From Balanoglossus misakiensis (Eukaryota; Animalia; Hemichordata), in NCBI GenBank assembly GCA_040954595.2, contig CM082583.2, positions 7,624,849 to 7,688,848 on the forward strand: a DNA stretch of 64,000 nucleotides, given 5' to 3'. Below the pieces are notes generated by a model that searched no databases, had not been told where the DNA came from, and saw only the letters and a list, made by a program, of their open reading frames with translations. How positions within the stretch are numbered: the first letter of the stretch is position 1; each line of letters opens with the position of its first letter. Positions 55,780 to 64,000 of the stretch are shown one piece after another. Made by a program: the position numbers and the translations under genes.

Positions 55780-55793
55780 GCGCCACCTAGTGG
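55780..55793 (-). promoter_or_regulatory. CTCF-like motif (reverse strand CCACTAGGTGGCGC)
   Basis: GCAGCGCCACCTAGTGGCA on the plus strand is a near-perfect CTCF consensus; binding not demonstrated. Confidence 0.55.
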
Positions 55794-55946
55794 CAAAGAA
55801 ACTTTTCTGATAAACAGACGTGTTCATCATTCTGAAAGCAAAGTAGTTAATGGGTGTGACACTGATAAAGAATGCAACATTGCAGCATACCCCATTATGA
55901 ACACTACCTCATGCAAAACAAAACAAGGAGAGAATTTGTCACTTAC

Positions 55947-58900
55947 CTGTATACGTACTTCCAGCATCTTGTGACTCTTTGACGCTCTCTTCAATTGAAA
56001 TTTGTTTAAACTTCATCTGTCTGATCTGTAAGATTGCAACAAAGTTTTCTTCTGAAGGAGTTTCTAAGATTTAATCTTCAATAACAGATCTGGTCTTATT
56101 ATGATCACACATATCTACCACTGTGTTCAAAGGACACTCACTCTTCCCAATCTTAACCCTTTCACCCCCAGTTCCCTCTTTAGAGGTCCAACCTCACCAT
56201 AGAAAACGGTGGGTTTAGATTGAACCATGGTGGTGAAAGGGTTAAGATGAAACAAGTTTTTATTCGAAATGTAAGAAACACAAACCAACCGGTATATACT
56301 GCTTGATTGCTTCAGCTTGTGCTAGGTACCTTTCAACTTCTTTGTGTAAAATGTCTCTTCTAACGCCTTTTTTCTCAGCTGTGGTGATAATGAAATAATT
56401 AGATGATCGAAAATAACTGTAGATATTTGTTTTCATCCACCAAAATTGACCACTGAGGGATTTTTATGTTCCCACATTAGGACCATACATACTTGAGGCA
56501 ATATTAAACAAAAGTGGCCATAAAATATGAAACATTATGAGTCATAAATCTCCCCCCCCCCCATTCCCTCCAGCTTGTGCTGTTAATGCACTCCGATGGA
56601 CAAATCTATAAATGGATTTAATGTGCTTCAATTTGGAGATGTATTTAAAATGTATATTTCCACGAGAAGCAATAAAATTAGCATTAAAATGAAATGTGAG
56701 AAGTTGCCTTTAAATGGAGCATATATGAGTAGAGGACATTATAACATTCAAATAAGCCCATCTAACATATTACTGGCAAACAAAACATTCGGTTTTCATC
56801 TTCTAACAGACCACCTACAATCCAAGATGCACATAAACAGTAAGTAGTATGCAATAATTGCTATTATTAGCATCATCATCCGGAAATTACCACTCAATAA
56901 TTCCTATCATTTGTAAAATGTGGGACACTGCAACCCTGATACGATCAGTAATTATGCTGTGCACGGCTGAGTTATTTCAAACAAATCATTTCAGGATGAT
57001 AGTGAGGATATAAAAACATGCTCATACGCATAATCACATCAGTGATACATTGAAATTTATAAATGTCTTGAGGGCCATAATTTAATCAGGAGGGGGGGGG
57101 GAGATCATTGCCCATTTTGCTTCACAGAATTCAGAAAAAAACGTTGAGTTCAGTGTAGGGCTCCTTCACGACATACTTTGTCAAAAATATATCATTAGCT
57201 TCTGTCACACACCTTGAAGTATTGGCAGGAATATTTGTAATGCTTCCTGGTACATGCAAAGTGCACCCTCATACTGCTCTTCTTCCTCCTGTGGTTGTCA
57301 ACGGAAATATGAACAATGAGAGTCAACTTAGCAGTTGTGGCATTCTGTAAAATGTGTACATCGTGTGGTGTCGAGTGCTGAGTTGTAATTTAGATATTAA
57401 AGGCCGATGATCGTCTTATGCGCTGCAACGACGCATTCAAATAGTGGACTGCCCTCACTTTCTTCCATATTTTATGTGCACCGTATAAGTAGACTTCTGG
57501 TACATGGCTAATCATTTGAAGCTTCCAAGATTCCACTTACTCTTTTCTCTGCGATTCTTATCTGTTGAATTCCTTGAAGTAGTTTGCTATTATCTTTTGC
57601 TAATTCCTCTGAAAAACAGATTAGTTGTAGGTACATGTATACAATATTGTCCTGACAGTCTTATTTAAAAAATAAGATGAGAATTGAATTGTTACAAAAT
57701 TATGAAAATGATCCGGTGTGTCTGAACACTGCCCCTACCAATCAGTAACAACTCATTCATGAACTGTTGACTTACCCAGAAATTCTAACTGTGACTGCTC
57801 TGTGAAGTCAACAGACCCTGATTTCACTGTGTTTTGTAACATTGATTTTGATCGCACACTCGGCATTGCTGACTTGGGTCGAGCTGGGCCGGCCACTGTC
57901 TTGGGTGGTTGGTGTGCAGATTCGCGGGCTGTGTTACAACTGGTGTTGGTCTCTGCGCTGTTACTGACATCCCCAGCGTCAGTTTTGGTTTCGTCTGCAA
58001 CTCCGCCCGCTCCACATGATGGGTGGTGTTTTTTACCGTCGTACGGCACGCGCCCGTCATCTTGGTGCCTTTTTCGTCTCTCCAGTCGCTTGGGTTTGCA
58101 CATCTGCTTGAGTTCCTCGGCCCTATTCATGTATTCAGCCACCTGCAAAAGCACGTACGACAGTATGAATGAATCACTTCCTGACCCCATCAACTTTGAC
58201 AGGATTGTTCATAATGGCCATCTCTGATCAACTGATCCAAAATGAGGCAGATACAACCAAACCACATATCATGCAACCATACCCCCCTCTTTTTGGTGAT
58301 GCAAGCAAAAATCTCACCTTTGCTCTCATGGCATCTTTTTGATTTCTGGCTTCCACATCTGTAGAAATACAATAAAGAATATTGCAATTATAAGGATGAA
58401 AACTGAAACGTGATTTCTGAGTTCAACTTGTGTGTGCATCCACAGCACTGCCAAAACTTCAACCACTCTTTCGAACCTGGCTTGGAGGAAAACTTCAGAA
58501 ATGATGACAGAATGCTTGGCAATGCACAGAAAAAAAATGTTACAAAAACGTGGCAACTTACACTGTATGGCTGGTACAAGGTATTCCAGTGCTTGACAGT
58601 AATGCTTGATGGCGTTTTTGATGTCATTCTCTTGATCTTCTTTGATTGCCAAGGAAACAATTTTCACCTGTGAGGAAAACATGAACAAGTTGATGATAAT
58701 AACAGTGTACTTTACACACTTAGATTCCTGCAGATGTATACAGAATGTGATGTTACTGTCAGTGAGTAAAATTCATGCACGACACACAACAAAGGCCGGC
58801 AAAAGAGCAATTAATCCAACACACTCAGGCCTTACCCCTTTCAGATATCCCTCTTCAGATGGCATGTGTTCTAGATCTATGAATGGATGGTTGAAGAAAT

Positions 58901-61455
58901 CCTCAAAGGATATCCTCTGTTTCGGATCTCTCTGTAACAGTCTGAGTAGGAGATCATGACACGCCTCTGACACTTCTATGCTACGAGGGATCTGTAAAAC
59001 AAAAGACACAAACAAAGAAAGAAACATTCAACAGCCACTGCCGATGACAGCCATGGTTTGTCTTAGGATGGGGATGAACCTTTAACAGAATATCGGACCT
59101 CCCCATCATGCAATGCCCATGTTACACACATAATGACTTACTGTTATTGGCTTTGTATCTCGGATCTTCTCCTCCAACTCTGTGTAGCTTCTGGAAGCCA
59201 GGGGTGCTTGACCAAATAAACATTCTGTACAGAAAAGTGGCACCATAATTTGCAGATTAATTTACTACATGTATATAGACATACTAATATTATTTTCTAA
59301 TAGCAAGGTCAGACCTAAATCATGTGAATGTTGTTCCTGTTCTCTCCTCATTCTGTGCAAACTTGCATATATCTCGAGATGGACTAACTGCTGATGAGCT
59401 GTGCTTACCATACAGAATGACACCAACAGACCACAAATCCACAGTGGCATCGTATTTCTGCTGACAGACAATTTCTGGTGCCATGTAGAGTGGTGACCCT
59501 CGCAGGCTGTGAGTGTACAGATCTTCTTTGAAGTGCATTGCAAAGCCAAAATCTGAATTAGAGGAATGTGGATCACCAAGTTAACTTTGCAAGTAAGAAT
59601 TCATAACCGAGAATTTAACCACTTCAGTCCCACCCCATAGATGAATATATTCAGTACTTACCGGCAAGTTTTAAGACTGGATTTGAAGTACTGGACAAAA
59701 GCAAATTCTGGGGTTTCAGATCCATGTGAGATATGTTTTGTTTGCGTAGAAATAACAATGCACATGCTGTAACGAAAAAAAAACCAACTCAAATTCAGGA
59801 CTGAAGTTTTCCACAGATACCAGAATTTAAAGTTTGGCCAAATCAAAAGTTAACATACTGGTTTACTGAAACATTGTAGTTAATACTCAGGCAAATACAG
59901 GATCATCTCACCTAGCTGTTGTAAAAATCTCTTGACTATTTTCTCTGGTAAAGCTCTCTTGCTTCGGATGAAATGAGACAGATCTCCTCCACTGCAGTAT
60001 TCCATGATAAGGTATATATAATCATTGTCCCACTGAAGAAAGCAGGATATAAAATATAACAGATCAAATCCTTTTGTCACTTCTAAAGTCAAAATAATTT
60101 CCAGCTTCTGTTTAGTGACTCCGTTCATTCTAAAAATCAATCAAATTCACTTGATGGAAACAAAAAATGTTAGTCTAGTGACATATGAATTTTTTTCCAC
60201 TAATTTTCCGGCTTACCTGGAAATCTTTTAACCTTACTATGTAATCATGTTTAATTTTTTTCAAAATTCCAATTTCTGTCAGGAGATTCTCAGTGGCTGC
60301 CTTGTTCAGATTGCTTTTGAGGACACACTTAACAGCAACAACTTCTCGCTTGTTACTCTGGAGAAAAAGTATAAATATGGTTTGAATAACTAAAAAGAAG
60401 ATTAGGCCCGGGGTTAAAAAAAAAACATTTGGATTTTCTTGAGACCTGGTTTCTGTATGTTCATTTTCAATTCTTTTTTGATGTTTTGCCTTTACCTCTG
60501 ATTTAATAACTTATTGAATGATCATAAGCTGGATGTGACCATGAGCTATTATATTTGCAATGTAGAAGAGAATTTATGTTTCCATTGGTGTCAGGTGGAT
60601 TTTTATTCAAAGTTCTGGTACACAATATATTTTTAATGACGGTGGTATGATACCATTTAATTCTTTGTTTGTAGGAAACAGATGTTTGGTAATATTCCCT
60701 TTCCCAGAATCAGCAGTTACACATGGCATCTGCATTCAGTATTTGAAAAAACAGACTTGCACTGTGCAGGTTTAAAAATCAGGGGAAATGTGTATTTGGA
60801 TGTACATGTAGATGAGCATGCCCAAGGGACTAAACGTAACAACAGAACAACAAACGGGTTGAGGGCGTGATCTATGATGTGGGCGTGGCACATAAGTGGG
60901 CGTGGACAAGATCCGACTACAATTTTTCACTTTCACTTTTATTTATTAACAGAAAGTAATAAAAATACAGTCACCACCGGCATTTAACATATGAATACAA
61001 ATTGAACGTAATGTCAAGAATGTCTTCCGTTTAGACAATGTCTTCAGAGGTGAGATTTTCGTTACCATAACGCCATAACGGCGTCGGTGGCACGTACCAC
61101 TCGATAGACAGGGTGTGTACAAAACTGATCGCAGACCGAATTTACCGAAGATCGGGTGAATCGGTGACATAACAATGATCCACAGCCAACCTCATCATGT
61201 GAATATGCAACAAAGGATGACTCATCGGAAAGAAAAACGGCTCGAAACCGAATACTCGGGCTCAAATCACGCGCCATCGCCACCGTGCATCGTCGTTCGG
61301 TTTGCTAGCGAGGCATGATCTGACCCATATAAAAAAAAGATCGGTTGATCCCTCACCTTTCTGTATGCTTTGTAGACTGTCGCATACGTCCCACTACCAA
61401 GTTTATCAGTAAATACGAAACCATCTAGCTTGGGCACAGTCAAGGAAGATGCCAT
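55947..61455 (-). CDS. ULK3: Serine/threonine kinase ULK3 (kinase plus two MIT domains), coding exons 1-14; 563 aa if the 29547-29563 exon is included
   Basis: Exons 61357-61455, 60217-60357, 59912-60032, 59662-59766, 59409-59552, 59142-59224, 58836-58991, 58562-58667, 58318-58358, 57776-58142, 57541-57608, 57213-57288, 56290-56378 and 55947-56025, all GT-AG and in phase. Kinase motifs: [108 protein letters not shown]1: [32 protein letters not shown]2: [29 protein letters not shown]. Confidence 0.95.
56157..56241. mobile_element. 85-bp piggyBac-like MITE with TTAA target duplication, in ULK3 intron 13
   Basis: TTAA-CCCTTTCACC...GGTGAAAGGG-TTAA: perfect 10-bp TIR starting CCC, with TTAA on both sides. 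A second copy lies at 37677-37761 and a right-end fragment near 34006-34026. Confidence 0.85.
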
Positions 61456-64000
61456 TTTGATATGAACATAACCTTTGACCTCCGACCCCGAGAGAAATCG
61501 TTTCAGGCCAGATGTAGCGCCCTCGTCGACTAGTATAATAGAGCTCTTTGTTTTTACTTTTCAGGAGTTGTATGTATGCGTGTGTTTCTAATTACAACGA
61601 GTGGTATTTTTGTACGCAAAACACTGCGGACTTCTCTGGAAAGAGAAACAGATTTCTTCATTTTAAAAAGCAAACAAACAAAGACCCATCTAATTCCGTC
61701 CCACGACAAAGGCATTGCAGTAACTGTTGCCGTAAAGAAGCCTTGGTTTACGACGATGTGTAGAGTGACGTTGTTTGTACAAGTAACATGTATTACTATT
61801 TGCCGCGGGAAGCAAATTGAATTCCAGACCATGCATGAGCGGAATGTTAATTGTTGCTTAAGAGGAGAACATGTTATTGTATAACATTTGAATTTGTTTT
61901 CCTAAATGCATCGAATGCCGAAATGTCACGTCAAAATAACCACAGAGATTACACGGAGAACTCGGCTGAACAATGCGAGAAATTTAATTTTCCGATCCCG
62001 GTTAAAAATTGACGTTTTGTAATAACGCCCTTTTCGGAATTTCTAAATATTGCGGAAAGTGGAACTATATGCACCCCTGGTTCCCTTTCTCAAATTTAAC
62101 CATTATATTCAAATTGAATTTATCATTGTTTCCACTAGGGATTACTGTGAAAATTTGGATTATATCTGGGTCGGGTATGATATGGTGAGTCTGGCTTTCA
62201 TATCAGCCCTATGTCACTCTGTGGGTGACGTAGTCGATATTGTTCATGAAGACCTTCAACTCCGTGAGTTGTTGAAAAAAACGATCCTTTGAATGGCAAA
62301 TACAGCCGACACAAGATAAACTTTTGCGTGGAAAGGTTACGCTGTGTTTGACCTATATACTTACGCCCACTTTCAATAAAATTGAATTACCGGGGTGAAG
62401 CAGCCCTTATTCCTGCGGATATGATCTAGTAGACGCAAGTTCGCGTAATTAGAGTACGTGTTCATGGTCAAACAATCCACGTACATTTAATTAATGTGTC
62501 TGAGAACCACGTTCACTTCACCACAAAGATATGGACAACATTATACACATAGACACAGTCCATGTGCTTTGTGAACTGCTGCATGTTACACACGTGATTG
62601 CCTCCAGTATTCACAGCGGCTGATTCCGATGCTGGGCCCGCCGCGAGCTTGACAATGGGGTTCATTGAACCTAATATTCTGCGGCACAACCTGTGATACA
62701 AACCTGAAGAAAAGGGCGAAGAAGGAGCTCCATATTTTCTTTTAAAATTCATCGTGTTAAGTGATCACTCGCTTGTGCGTAAAATGTAGCTTCAGGGATG
62801 AGTAAGACCTACGATACTCTATACTTGACGTTCGCAGAAAAATACTATCAAATCTAAGAATTATACGGATATTGGTGATTGATATGTAGAGGGGACTGTT
62901 CTGGCGATACCAAGTGTAGCCCCCGTGTGATTGTTCTATGCTTTCTATTTTAAATTCCCCAGTTTTGTCGTTGCAAGGATAAGAGTGATTCAATCCTGAC
63001 GATAACTGAACTGCGATATTTCATTTTAATACCGTGACGACAATCACCCGACGATATCGCACGTGGACAAGGCATGTTTTGACGAGGTGGTCCTGATGAC
63101 GAACACAGCGGAGAAGTTTTGTTCGCGTACTTAGGGGAACAAAAAGAGCGATTCGGGACGCTAACATTTTACATGGGGATTAATTAAAACTTTTCCTTGT
63201 GATAAATTTAACGGCCCTTGGAATAAAAGTTGGACCCCCTTCACGGCGTCTATCTTCCTGATTTTTTAGGGATTCGAGTTCAATTGAAATAAAAAGTCAC
63301 CCCCAAAATGTTGTTATTTGTAACTGAAGTTTACAATCCCCCCACAGTACAAATGGAATGACCAAAAACTTTCCTCCAAGAGTCACCAAGGCAGCATGAA
63401 ATGTTTGGTTTTGGCGGCTTTTATGGTTGGTATTATATAAAATTCGTTCGAGATCCTGGCGGTATAAAAGCCAATCCCGACACGGCCCCTTTTCATTATC
63501 ACACGCAGTTGTTGGCACTTTCTATCACACTCTCCGTCTCCGCTGACTTGTAAATCTTGTCGCTTTGACGGCGCACTTTGCTTTACTTTCAGCTAGAGGC
63601 CAGCTGATGACGCACAATGACACGAATTTACAACCGAGCATCTTTCCACTGGGCTGCTGTTTTCGTAATTACCATCGTTTTATCAGAGCTCAACACATCA
63701 GCATCGCAACGTGAGTATTTCTACCTGTTCTTAACAACACCGTTTTATACGCAATTAAACGCACTGTTACCGGACCGGTACATTGCCGAATGCACCCGTG
63801 CAGAATTTTAACAAGATTTTTGTTTCAAATATTTCACTCAAATTAAAAATATATTTTTAATTAAAAATGTATTCATGTTTCTAACGAAACAACTAGAAAA
63901 GGTTGAAGCCCCTTTGTTCTAGTTGATTTGGAAGGAGGGCACTGTAAATTCTCACATTTCTTTGAATCAGTACGTATTTTCTGAATGTTGCTTCTTCAAT

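Noticed and set aside
61500-64000. Possible divergent gene upstream of ULK3
   Set aside because: Only short ORFs without domain or convincing exon-chain evidence in this window.

Overview
This is eukaryotic, intron-containing, AT-rich DNA. Gene content and repeat types suggest a marine invertebrate, probably a deuterostome (inference). From left to right I read five genes. (1) The first coding exon of a type II membrane GT8-like glycosyltransferase that runs off the left edge (minus strand). (2) An intronless beta-1,4-GalNAc transferase of the B4GALNT1/2 type (minus, 525 aa). (3) A 7-exon GLT8D-like GT8 glycosyltransferase with a C-terminal EGF-like module (minus, 392 aa as assembled by hand). 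(4) An intronless, probably GPI-anchored GAS1/GFRalpha-family gene (plus, 297 aa). (5) ULK3 (minus): 14 exons cluster at 55.9-61.5 kb, and the best terminal exon (..GCLIQ*, CaaX-like) lies about 26.4 kb downstream at 29.5 kb. That large last intron holds small non-autonomous DNA transposons, a convergent pair of CTCF-like motifs, X-box-like motifs and a few orphan exon-like segments. There are several microsatellites. I found no prokaryotic features, CRISPR arrays or recognisable tRNA/rRNA. All exon structures were read by eye from GT-AG signals and phase continuity and need RNA-seq confirmation. I see no clear-cut novel system. The best candidates are the glycosyltransferase cluster with its GT8-EGF architecture and the ULK3 distal CaaX exon next to GAS1.
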